NCBI RefSeq assembly: GCF_036321535.1
Contig: NC_087438.1
Coordinates: forward strand, 10,604,001-10,668,000
Reading direction: 5' to 3'
DNA from: Camelus dromedarius
Taxonomy: Eukaryota
DNA: 64,000 nucleotides
Part shown: piece after piece, positions 51,636 to 64,000 of the stretch
Position numbering within the stretch: position 1 is the first letter of the stretch
How the letters are laid out: each line of letters starts with the position of its first letter
Notes under the pieces: generated by a model
Seen by the model: only the letters and a program-made list of their open reading frames with translations
The model's database searches: none
Told to the model about the DNA's origin: nothing
Position numbers and translations under genes: made by a program

Positions 51636-54324
51636 TCATGAAGGCAAAGAAAAGCACTGTTCGCAAATTAGTCACCCGAGGTAGGAAAGAAAAGGTTATT
51701 TCCCTAACATTTATGAATCAAGCAGGTTTAATCAGTATTCCTGATAATTTTTATGATGATATCCTTACAAAGTCTTTTTTTTTAATTATAATTCTGGATT
51801 TGGACAGAGCTTGTTACATTTTAAAGTGCCTCCATAAGTATTTTTAATTCTGTTGAGATTAAGAGAGATGAATGTTACTAAAAGAGATGAATGTATGCCT
51901 CTGGTTAATCATGCAGATAATTTGTCTCGCAGAAGAGTCTGTTCCATTGCAAAAGGAAACCTTGCATCCAACAGTCTGTGTGCCTACAGTGCATTGTGAG
52001 CCAGCTCAGTGCATTGTGAACCATTTCTCAGCATCACTGACGTTGAAAACCATGATTACAATTGGGCTGTTAATCCTTCTAAAGGTTAGATGTGCTGATG
52101 ATACAAAGCAGTGCCAATCCTACCTACACTGTACCCTGTGAGGCATCTATCTCATCCTGCTTCCCATCAGTTAATTTCAAGCCATGGGAAGGTCCAGAAA
52201 CACCAATACAGTGTTCCCATGGATCTGGGGCTTGTGAGATTCTGGCAGACACTCCTGCTGGCTGCAAATTCCTTTTCCTGTTTGTCTTTCTGCTTAACCA
52301 GTCACTCTTTGTCTCATGACAGGATCCCACTTCAGGGGGTGATCCTCTCTACCTTCAGAAAACCACAAACATCTTTTACTCCAAAGCTATACTCTTCCTA
52401 TAGGCGAGCATGGAATTATTAAAACCCTGGAGGGAAAACTCCCCTGCCTGGAGTGACAGAGGGAGAGGAGACAGAGAAGGGGAGAAGCTCCAACACAAAC
52501 AACTGGTCCTCGTGGGACCGCCTGCTTAATTCCACTGGGACTGTTATTTGGCAGATGCTTCTTTGCACACTTTCTGATAAAGGAAAGTTTAGAAACCGTT
52601 TATTTTTCCAACAAATCACTTAATGAGCATAACAAAACATTCTGCAGGGTAAAATCTTTCCGCCAAAGTATACAAACTGCAGGTGTGTCCAGGCAAAAAC
52701 CCAACCAAATCCTTTCTGGCCCCTAAGGTGTGCATACGCTGGCCACACAACAGAATCACTATCCACGCGAAGACAAAGAACATCGAGGATCTGAGCTCTG
52801 GGGACTCGGGTGTTTGTGAACAACTTGAGAATCACTGAACTATATAACAAACCGGGAAAGCTGTTCATAAACATCCCAGCAAAGATCCTTACAGTGATTT
52901 TGATCTAGCCATTTCCAAATAGATCTTTATTTCTTCTTCTTTTTTTTTTTTAAGCAAATCAAGCGTAGACTTATGCAGCCTAACAAGCGGAAAGGTCTAG
53001 AAAGTAAAGCAAGAGATGTAGGAGTGAGTTTCCATAGTGACTATAGCATCCAACATTTTTACTTCCTGACCTACAGCCTTGAGTTTAAACCTAAGTGAAG
53101 AGTAGTGAAGACAGGTAAAAAGAAAGCTAACATAGGAAAGTGAAAACACACAGATGCAGTTTGGTCTTACTGTCTGACTTTGATCCTCTTGATGACTAAG
53201 GTATCAGTGTATTCTGTCAAGGTTAAGTGTCTAGCCTCAACTCGTAAGAGTTTTATCAGTTAAGAACAAAAACCAAAGAGATTCCTTTTTTCTTTTTCTT
53301 CAAATCTTTAGTTTAAAGAAAGGGTTTTTATTTAGTTCTGTTTTCAAGGTTGGCTAGATTTTGATCAGTCTCCAAACCCCTAGGAAAGTCCTAATGGCAG
53401 TCATCTTTTCGCCTTTCATTCTCAATATTCTAATTTTGCACCACAAATAAGACACTTTACACATGTCACGGATGTCTGCAGGCCCAGCGTTTATTCTGAC
53501 CTGAGAAGGAAAGTGAAGATGAACGTTCACCATCAGAGGTAGGAACTCCTCCTCGACCGTCAGGTACCTCGTGACCAGTCATGCGCTGAACCAGAGAAAA
53601 TGACCAACGTCTGACTTTTCTGTGACCTAACAATAAATGTTCAGGCTGGCCTCGTCCGAGACATTTAGCCATTCCCATCTATGACTGTCAAAGAATCCTT
53701 CTGAGAACAAGCAAGACAATACATGAGAAGTTCTTAAATGTGCTGAAGGGGAGGGGGGTGGTGAGGAGAGTGGTGCGCGCCACACAAGTGATGGACGTCA
53801 CCATTTGCTTTCACCCTGACCTCACCTCACACCTCCTATATGCAGGTTTGCTCATGAAGAGACCTCAACACTCTTAAATTTTCAACAAGCAGCACATCTG
53901 GCCAGAGTAATTCCCCCAACACTGTTTCATAACAGTTTGTGTTTCCTCTTTCTGTATCTAAGTTATGGTTCAAAGATTTCAAAGCAGGAACATGATATTA
54001 TTCCAGCAGAGCACACATGTGCACCATTTTGCATCCTGTCCTAGGACAGAACCACTTGAAGAAAGTTGTTCCTGCTACAGTTTTCTAGAAGGAGGTGCCT
54101 GTTAAACACACACACAAAAATCACAAACGTGGATTATTTTTCTGGATTCAGAGCTTAACCAAATTCTGATTTTCTTATAACTTGGTTTTTACCATATTAA
54201 ATTTGAAATCGAATAATCTATTTATAAGGTTAATTGATCTGTGCATTTCCTGGATTTGTGACAGTCACTCTTTTTCATTGCATATCATTTCTTCTTTTCT
54301 TTAAATTTGAAAATTAAAAAAACC

Positions 54325-54670
54325 CCCAGCTTTATTGGGCTATATTTAACATGCATATTTAAAGTGCTCAATTTGATATTCTGATACACATACATGTCAG
54401 TGAAGCCATCACCACTGTCAAGATAACTTATCCATCAACTCAAAAGTTTCCTTCCACTTCTTTTTTTGAGGTACAACTGACATATAACATTGTATCCATT
54501 TTAGGTATAAAACATAATGATTTGATATATGCATATGTTGCAAAACAATCACCACAATAAGTTAACCACCATCACCACACATAGTTACAAACCTTTCTTC
54601 TGTGATAAGCATTTTTAAGATCTACTATTTTAGCAACATTCAAACACATAATACAGTATTATTAACTATG
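54325..54670 (-). mobile_element. Two adjacent antisense L1 3' fragments
   Basis: 'cagctttattgggctatatttaac...ccatcaccactgtcaagata' (older) and 'ttttttgaggtacaactgacatataacattg...agatctactattttagcaac...cagtattattaactat' (younger). Confidence 0.75.
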
Positions 54671-55364
54671 GTTTGACAGTTATTCTAATAGTTGGTTTAG
54701 TTGCCAGCTTCAAGCAAAGGTAGATGCTTACGAATCTGCTCTATAAGAAGGTTTTTGGAAATGACAATGATTTGATTTAGTAAGTACTGCATTTTCAAAT
54801 CTGCTTCAAAATTTTACTAATTTGTCAGGTGAAACGAGCCCTTCTGGCTTCCCAATGGTGCCCAGGAAGCCTCAACCGCACTCAAGGTCTGTCCAAGAGG
54901 GGAGTGTGCAGATACCTAAAGACAGCCAAGGTGCATCCTAGGTGACTCCATCCATGAAACGGAAAATGAATGGAAAACAGGGACGTCCCCACTGAGTGAA
55001 GCCTCAGAGAGAACCCACCGCTGCTCCAAATTAGTGGGCATTCTGCTTTTATATAACTTGACAGGCTAATATGTTAATCCTGATGTTTTTTCTTCTTCAC
55101 CCTGCAGCACGTGTCTGGAACTGTCCTAAAAGTTTTGATGGGGAATGTATATAACTAACAGCATGAGGATACTAACTGTTACTACTGCTTTTACGTTTAT
55201 TAGACAGAAATGCGCAAACAAAATGTTTACAGGGACAAGGCTAACATATAAATTTTTGTTCAAAAAGAAAAAAAGAAAAAACTTAGGGCCTCTTCAATCT
55301 GGACAAATGAGGGATCCAAGGGAAAATAACTAAAGCATAAAATAAGTGATCATTTTTAAAAATT

Positions 55365-55712
55365 ATTTTTTAATTGTGGCTAAAAGACACATAATATAAA
55401 ATTTACCATTTTACCCATTTTTACAGTATAAAGTTCAGGGAGATGAAGCACAGTCACACTCTTGTATAACCATCACCACCATCATCTCCTGAGCTTTTTT
55501 CGTCTTGCGAAACTGAAACTCTGTACTCATCAAACACTAAGTCCTCACACCTCCTCCCCCGGCCCCTGGCAACCACCTTCCACCTCTGTCTCCGTGAACG
55601 TTACTCCTCTAGGTATCTCACGAGTGGAACCACACGTTGTCTTTTGGTGGCTAGCTTCTTTTGCCACAAGTCAGTAAAGTCTTCAAGTTTCATCCACGTT
55701 GTAGCACAAGTC
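55365..55712 (-). mobile_element. L1 3' end (L1MA/MB-like)
   Basis: 'ttttaattgtggctaaaagacacataatataaaatttaccatttta...cccctggcaaccacc...ttcaagtttcatccacgttgtagca'. Confidence 0.85.
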
Positions 55713-58700
55713 AATATGAGATCATTTCTTTTCCCCCAAATCGTAGCTTCGAGAACCAGGTGTCAATTCTGAAGTTCTAAGGAGTTAGTTTTTGTTCTTT
55801 GTTGTATTTTTAAGAAAAATTAAATGGACTAGTGCTTTACAAAGGGATGATAAACACTGAGCAATTTCTACCCCCAGAAGACAGTAAATGGCTAACAAGA
55901 TAAATGCATTCACTACAATTAGATGAACTCCTAGGTAACAGATGCATAGAAGGCTTATTATTGGGAGGAAATTTCAAATCCCATTTCAGCCTGCTCTGCT
56001 TAATGTGGAGATGGTCAACTGCTAGCTGGTGTTCTCTATGACACTCGTCTCCCCTGAGAACCCTTTGAAGCTGGGTGTGGGTTGGGGGAGTGGTTTCTTA
56101 CTCAGCAGATGGCCTCGCCAACCATCTCTTCACCTGCCAAGAGTCCGGAGGTTGCAGGTGTATGTCAGGCAGGTGTGAACCACATCAAAAGCTCAGCTCA
56201 TTGAAGGCCAAGGACAGATACCAGCTCAGATCAAGCCACACCCGAAAACAGCCTGGCCGGCAGCATCTCACGGGGCCCAGGCTCTGGCCCGGTGTTCAGG
56301 TTTGGCCTAGAGGACATACAGGTGGTTGAGCTCTGCCTCGGTCTTCCTGGGGAACCAGCTTTGTCTCACTCTGCATAGACAGGAGGCGGGGAAGGAAAGT
56401 GGTGGTCACCCAGCCCGGGGGCGTGTGGGGCCTTCAGTTCGCAGGATCCTGAGAAAAGTTAAGCTAAGTCTCTGAGGCTGGACTCGAAACAGATGGCACT
56501 GGAGGCAGGAAGAGTGGAAGTCTTCTGTCTCCCCCAAGTCTCCTCCATACACAAAGTGGTCACAAGCCACAGCCGAGCAGTCACGTCACCACTGGATGGC
56601 GGTTGCCCGTCCTTTTCCCTCTTAGTAGGATGCCTAGAGCAGAGTGTTCTGGACACGCAAGGCAGAATGCATGAGGATGCCTAGAGTGAAGTCAGTTCTC
56701 CCAGCCATCTCCTCTGACCCCACTGTGATTCCACGGCAGGATGGCAAATTCTTCTGGAAGCTTCAGACTAAGTGGGGCACTGAGTTGTGGCCAGAGCGCC
56801 GGGGTGATTAGAACTTTCACAGGCATCACCTCCCGAGGATGGTACCTGCCTGTGCCATGGTGGCAGGAGCCCGTCTCCTGGGCCATTTGGCTCCCTAACC
56901 AACCAGCCCCCCGGTTCTCATTCTATACCATAATGGACCCCAACAGATAAGAGCCCCTGCCAATGAGTATGGGGCTGACCAAGAAGGAAGAAAAGAGCCC
57001 ATCTCACAGGAGCAGGAGGGGTGAGCCTGACAAGGCAGCAGGCTGGAGGAAACTCAGGTGTAAGGTGGGTTCTTCTACTTCCTCGATGTGCCCTTGTGTG
57101 AACTCTGGGCTGGGGGTGGGGGAGGATACGGGTCTCTGCCAAAGAAAGATGATGCAAGAGAAGTGATAAGGAAATCCTCCAGGGTGAATGAGATGCTAAC
57201 TTCCACACGGGGCGCCCAGGCAGCACACACACACAGCAGGCACACACTTTGCACACTCAGGTGAGTATGCACACCTGGGACCTATCTTAGACACCTGACT
57301 GTGACCTTTTTGCAATGGACAAGATACTTTTCCTCCTGTGAATCCATGAAGCAGGGGCGGAGGGGAAGAATAGCGTGTTCTTGCATCATCCATGAGATTC
57401 TGATCCGTAGTCAAGTTCACAGTCAGAGTAGAACAAACGTGGCTGCGGGGCAGAACAGCTTTACTAGCTAGCTGGGCTCTGGGATTTGTCTGCCTCTGCC
57501 TCACTTCCCCTGAATTCTGGTGTAACCTAAAGCCTTCTTTATTATTTAACATCCCCAAGGTGAGCAGCCTTGGGACAGCTCTGATGTCTTCTGCTTATCC
57601 CTGTAGTCCCTGCTCTCTTGGCACAATAAGCAAACAGGCTCACTTGCTTCCTAAACCCACAATTGTGTTTTACTCGCCAAGTTTCCTTGACCTTACACTT
57701 GGCCTAAGGTGTTTCCAGCCACATGTACTATTTCAGCGTTTTCACCCAACTTCTGGACTATCAGCTCAAAAGCAGCTGCGAACTTTGAAGTCCGCAGAGG
57801 TCCTTACCCTAAAGAAAGACATCAATATGCTATTTCTATCCCAACTGTAGCCTTCTAACGCTCCCGACTTGCTCTCATGTTGCCCAACTTCCACTGTGAC
57901 TATTTAGATTTTATGAAGGTGTTGTATCTACAACTTAGAGGTCTGGGGAAACAGTGGAAATCAAAAGATAACTTGGTATTTTCCATATTTCCAATCGCAC
58001 CTGGAAGCCGGGCCATCTGGGCTCAGATGAGCCCTGTCCACCGTCTGTAACGTCCTGCTTCACGGTGGCACAAGAAGATTGAGGATTTGTTTATTGGCGC
58101 CCTCCTCACACTCTGAGGATTTTTCATGTTTGCTTTGAGTCTAAGAGTTGCTTCCATCTTTCACAGCTCCCCGCCCGCTGCCTTTTCTTTGTGTATAATA
58201 TGCTCTTTGTCTGGTGGGAGAATTCTGGTGCTTCTAGGGCCGTCTAGGGAGGACTGGCGCCATCAGGTTGGTATCGGTTTCTACTCAAAAATGTTTCCCT
58301 CAGGGAGAGAAATTACTTTGCAACCTATCATATTATCAACTTCCTCTTGTTCTTCTATTCCTGTTCAGCTAAGCATGCAAGGAGAAAACAGCTCTTTCTT
58401 TACAACTGAACTTTCAGGGAAGACTTTAATGAGATAACTGATCATTTAACATCCAGATTAAGGGTGTTGACAGAAACGTGCTTTCCAATAAATCCTCCAT
58501 TTCATCATTTTGGCAAAGAACAAAAATGCATATTGTTTTACCTGTTTATCTAATTAGTGAATCTGGTCAAAGTCTAGTTTGGATAAATAAATGAGTCCAG
58601 AGCTGTCTTTCTTCCCTCTACCCTGCACCTGAAGCCACCATCCTGAAGTTTAAAGACTTTGCTGCTGGCAGAAGGAAAGATGGTGGTCTTTGTTTTTTAA

Positions 58701-61700
58701 CTTTCCTGATTCCATTAAGGACAAGAAAAGGAGACAGTATAAAGCAACTAAACAAAATGGCACGTGTATGTGTGAGTTTATGGGCTTGTGTCCAGGAGTT
58801 TCTCATAAGATTTTAGTACCTGCTGACCTTACCATATAGAGCCACAAATTTATAGGGTTTTCTGAGCCCCTACAGAAAGACTTGGGTTGACAAGGACTTG
58901 AAAGGAGGGTACTCTGGGTCCAGCACAAAAGAAGAAACACAGGGCTGCTGGAGGTCCCCCTGGATTCCAATCCACCAAGGGAGCCAGGCAGAGCCTGATT
59001 TGACTCTCCCTACACTGGGCTACCTTTGATGTCCTGCAATACTGCTCAGTGACCGTAGGTGTCGGGGGACCTAGGGTTGGTCTGACCAGTGATGTGCAAA
59101 GGTAATAGATTAATCACCCCAGTACTGCAAACCTGGGCCCCCCCCCCAAAAAAAAAAATCCCCTGGGGACTTTTCACCAAGAGATTCCCGTAAAACTCTT
59201 ATTTTGACACAGCCAAATCCTAACCTTGTGAGCATCTTTTGGTAAATCACGCGGAAAGCATCATGTCAACCTGCTAGAAAGTGGTTATGATTTTTAAAGT
59301 TTAAAGACCATTAACCAAAGTGTCTTAAGATGACCATTTCCGTGAGTCAAGGGTTTAAGAAGACATTGTATGGACTCACTGCCTCCATACAATGCTCTGT
59401 TTTCCATACAAACCTTCCCCCCACCCCCTGTCCTTGATCGCCGGGACACCCCCCACTAGAAACAGCACAGAAACAGCAGTAACTACAACTCCATTTACGT
59501 GTATTGGGTGTAAAAGTCAGCGGGGCTGGGGCTATGATAAGTGGGACAGATTTATTTAATAATCACTTTTAAGTGCTTTTTAGTCATTCAGCTTTTCAGA
59601 GGATTTCTTTCTCAATTATTTCCTACGTGGGCAATGGAATGGTACTTCAAGAATAAATCACGGAGCCACAGCCAAGCGACTGATTATTGCCTTGGGCTGT
59701 TTCTATGAGGGACCCACCTTACGTCATCCAGCACATCTCATTTGAGAGGGAACACACACGTCTGACACACTGTGAACCAGACTAAAGATGAACCTCGAGT
59801 TTGGCGCTTTTCAAACTGCAGTCTGGCAGGTCGCTGGGCTCCTAAGATGAAGCGCTCTTCCTCAAAAGCAGTGCATTGCTCTCAGGAGGAAGGGGGCCGA
59901 TACACCACTAAAGGCATGGGTGACAAGAGCAAAATCTCTTATTATTGTCATCCATATGGGGAGCAAGGAAAAGAGGTAAAAGTCAGCGCCTCAGAATGAG
60001 TGATTATGTGGCCAGTGAAGAAAACAGAGGTGGGAGGGGGAAAATGAGCTGTTACTGGCTCTGACATAAAATCGCCTTTGCTGTGGAGGCTGCGCGCCGG
60101 TGCTCGGAGTAACAGCTGTGTACGAGGATGCTCTGATCCGAGAAGAAAGGAAGGGGCCCTGTAATCCTGCGGGACCTGCGGGCTGCAGCAAAGGGAAGCA
60201 GCAAGCCCTCAGTGCTAAGAGAACAAAAGGGTCGTAATCAGCGAAGCTGGTATATGTCGCGGCCTTCATCTGTGCTTCTGTGAACCAGCTCTGCACGGGG
60301 CTGGTTCTTCCAGTCTAGCTGTCCTTCGGATTCACAACAACTGCTGGGGCCACGTCAGCTGAGAGACAATCTACTGGTCAGGCTGCCAGAGTGAGCCTGG
60401 GTTCCCCGCCCCTAGTCACAGACCCGGCCTTTCTGACATCCTTAGGATGGAGAATTTCTCCTGCTTCCTGTGGGAGGACCACCTGCTTTCAAATAACCAC
60501 CAGTCACTAGGAGACTCCCATGAAAAACTACCACTGAAAATCCCATAAGGATTTTTCATTTGCTTTTTTTAAATTTCACGCTCTGTTCTGTGAAGGTGAG
60601 AAACTTCAAACATCACGACTGCACCTTTCTGTGATAAAGCGATCATGGCTATTAGAAAGAAGATGACGTGTTATTACGAGGAGAGATGAGTTACAAATTA
60701 CTTTTAATGACCCGCTGAAAGAAAAATAGTGATTTACCTGCCTCCATTCGCTGCCCCTTCCCACCAAAACAAAACAAACAAAAAACTCCACAAAAAGCAA
60801 ATGAACAAACAAAAACACACCTCAAGGGAGATAAAAGAAGAAAAATGCTTTCATGCCTAGAAGCTGTCCACCCCTAAAAAGGACACAGCCCACACATAAA
60901 ATGGTTATTTCTACACTTTGAGAAGCCACAATGACTTAGAGGAGACTACAGTCACTAAGGGATTAATTGCACTGTATTCTCATTCAGTTTGGGTTGAGAG
61001 CTTTATTTTCAAAGCTCCACCATTAGCTTTATGACAAATCTATGCTTTGCTTTCTAAGGTCCTCCCCGCTGCCAGCCCCAAATCAACTCCATACAATTAA
61101 AAAAAAAAAAATCTGGCTTATTTAAAACAGCCTGTAAATATTTACCATCATGCTATGGGAAACCTCAAACAACAGGAAACTATCCAAATGTTGTCGAGGT
61201 TATGTCACCAATGGCTTAATAACCTCAAAAGCGAAATCAATGCAAACAAGTACATACCACGGTTCTGGGTTAAGGAGGATAGGGTTTCATTTACAGAACA
61301 GTGTTGAGTGTTGAAAACGTAACACTCTTATTTCCACCATTTTCCCTTTGGACTTGCACCTCAACCTCAGTCACTGAGGACCTGGCATATACTGGAGATC
61401 AGATTTCTTCTTCTAATCTTGGGACAGCAGGTAAGTCCCAGATGCATTTTCTCTCCCACCTTCCCGTTTGGATTTTGAGGAGGGAAAGCGTTCTAGTTCT
61501 AGCGTATTGTCTCCCTTTGTGTAACGATAAATGATGCAACAAAACCAGAATCCCTGCCCAAAGGACTGTCCCCTCTGACAATGTGAAATATATAGAGACA
61601 GTTCATAAACCATGACCACTAAACTTCATTTGCATAGAAATCATTGCAGGTTATGAGCCTACGTATTGGACAGACGGAGGGAGGGAGGGAAGGCGGGCTT

Positions 61701-62330
61701 AACAGCAAGTGCTCGCTAGCTGTTAGATTACTTATTACGTCAGTGCTGTTCTCTGTTCGGGGCCCAGACTGCGACACAGAGTACGGCACATTAGAAGCAT
61801 CTTGGTTGGGCCGCAGCTCACTCTGATGACCAAAAGTGCCAAGTGCAGAACGCTCCTCACTAGGAGGTGAGAGCTAATAGCTGGAGGAGCGCTTCTCACC
61901 AGGGTTGCTCCTCACATCTGGGTCCGTTCAGTCTGTTTCCAGCCATGGTTGTGCAGGATGAGTCCCTGCTCCAGAAGAAGATACCGGTCAGTCACACAAG
62001 ATCGCCGTGCACTAAGAAGCTGCTTTAATGGCCACTTGCAGTGCACCCCTAAAGAGAAGCTGGTCTTCTTTGTGGACTCGCAGGGCGGAGGGCTGGGAGT
62101 GGGCAGGGGTCTCCCCAGCCCTCTGCTCCACCTCCCTGGGTCAATGCGCCCTGCACGGTTAAGGCCATCTCCGCATCAGGGAGCACCTCAATGGTCACAA
62201 ATCACTCTGACTTTTTAACCCTTGGGTGACGTCACCTCGAGCAAAAGGCCTCGTTTTGCATGTTTCCTTTCACCAGAAAATGATTTCTCACCCAAACACA
62301 AGAATTAACTGTTTTGCAAGGCGGTCTCAC

Positions 62331-62969
62331 TGATGCAGGAAAAACAGATGTGGGGCGTGAGGTGGGCCATGTCCCAGGCCTCGGTTGGGCCCCTGGGATG
62401 TGCCCTATCTAGTGTGGGTCCTTGCTTCATGCAGGAAAGAATTCAAGAGCGAGTCACAGTTGAGTAAAGGTAGATTTATTTAGAGAGATACATCGAAAGG
62501 CAAGAGAAAGGTCACGAGGTGGGGGGGGGCGGTGTTGGGCTCAGATTAGAGTGAAAATAGGTACACACTCCATAGACAAGAGTGCTGGCCTTCTCTGAAA
62601 ATGAGAGAGAGAGGCGGCCACGAGGCTCCCTGCTGCCAATTTTTATGGGCTCAGTGGCTTCATATGCTAATAAGTGGAAGGACCAGTCTAACTAGCCTGG
62701 GGAAGGGGCTGGGATTCCCAGGAAGTTGGCTACTTCCCACTCTTTGACCCTTTGTGGCTAGCCCTGGGACAGTCATGGCGCCTGTGGGCATGTTATTCAC
62801 CACGATAATATGGTACAATGGGTGCACAGTGAAGCTCAAGGTCTGCTGCAAGTCAACCCTCCCACCGTCTTGAGCCTCAAGGCCGGCTGGGGGTTGACTG
62901 TTTCACCATCCTTGCGTTAACTGCTGTGTCATTCCTTGAATGGCTGTGCCCTGCCCCCGTCCTGTCTCA
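62331..62969 (-). mobile_element. Intact ERV1-type solo LTR (639 bp)
   Basis: TG...CA termini and exact 4-bp TSD TCAC (62327-62330 / 62970-62973). AATAAA on the minus strand ('tttatt' near 62475). Confidence 0.85.
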
Positions 62970-64000
62970 TCACTAGTGTCTCCATACAACCCGCCGACCG
63001 AATGTCATGTTTGTGCCACCAGTGATGCCCCCAGATCCAACACCTGGGTCAGCACCGGAGAGGAGCTGCTCTCCCGGCTGGGGGGTGGCGTGGCATTCTG
63101 GTAGCACATTAATGCACCGTCACCCTTGCGCTAAGCTCGAGCACGGGGTATTGTGCTTTGGAAGAAATTGAAAAGACTCGGTCCGTTGTCCCTCCATTTA
63201 GAGGGCCAGGTGTGCTTCAGCTGATAGAAGATGGGGGACATCTGCACTGACCCTGCACAAATCGCATTCACCACATCACTTGTGTGTCCAGGCACGCATT
63301 CACTTCATCCAATTGTTTCATTCCAGCCCGTCTGAGGCTCCCTCTGTGCTGAGCACTGTAGGAAGGGAGCCCTGAGGCAGGCTCGGTAGGTGGCATCACA
63401 CACTGGCCCTGCTTTCCTTCTGGGGCTCGTGGGGAGATGGGGAGACAGACGTGGAACTATGGAGACGCCCTGGACGTGGACGAGGCAGGGAGGGCAGGAG
63501 CTCCAGTGCCCCCAGGAAGGGTGGAACGAAGGCTATTCTCTCTGCCCTAGATGCTGTGACAAGGCAAGAAACAGTACCGCAGAAATCGGGGGAACCTAAT
63601 CTGAAATTGATGAATGCTTGGAAGGAAAAAAAAAAAACACTAAAAAAAAAAGACACCTGATTTATGAAAAGGTGCTGAAAAGCAAGGAAACTGCAAAGTT
63701 GGCCAGAAGGTATGGCCACTGAGAGCCCAGGGAGTGTTTTCTTTTCACCTGATGATTAAAGTTGATGAAAGTAATATTCTGCAGCATAGATAAGAAGGAA
63801 CGGGGAGGCACTCACCATCAGAGGAGGGCAGGGAGGGGCAGGGCGAAACCGGCTCGGCAGTTTGGGAAGGCAGAGCCGGATGCTATGATGTTGAAGGAAG
63901 AGAGCTAAGGAGGTGAGGTTAGAGTTCCGGGAGGACTGGGACGGACCCTGCAAGTGACCTCAGTGCTGAAGGGGGGCCACTGTCTTCATGAGGACAGAGG

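Overview
This is mammalian non-coding DNA (intronic or intergenic), most likely from a camelid. The assignment rests on six copies of a tRNA-Ala-derived SINE of the Vic-1 type. I cannot support any protein-coding gene, RNA gene or CRISPR array. The ORF track is noise, apart from fragments of L1 ORF2 C-termini. The window holds young L1 3' ends with target-site duplications (TSDs), ERV solo LTRs, ancient L2/MIR/L1M and DNA-transposon relics, and microsatellites. Several repeat-poor stretches contain transcription-factor motif clusters. The most unusual things visible are retrotransposition oddities: (1) an ancient L1M-type 3' end nested inside a much younger SINE, with its own apparent TSD; (2) a 177-bp mini-element with two inverted LTR-3'-type ends and a 4-bp TSD; (3) a SINE head fused to an L1 tail under one TSD. 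There is also a 112-bp tandem duplication that doubles a STAT-type palindrome, a CRE cluster, and one candidate 60-nt exon. I found no convincing novel biological system. Repeat family names come from recognition by eye and need RepeatMasker/Dfam confirmation.
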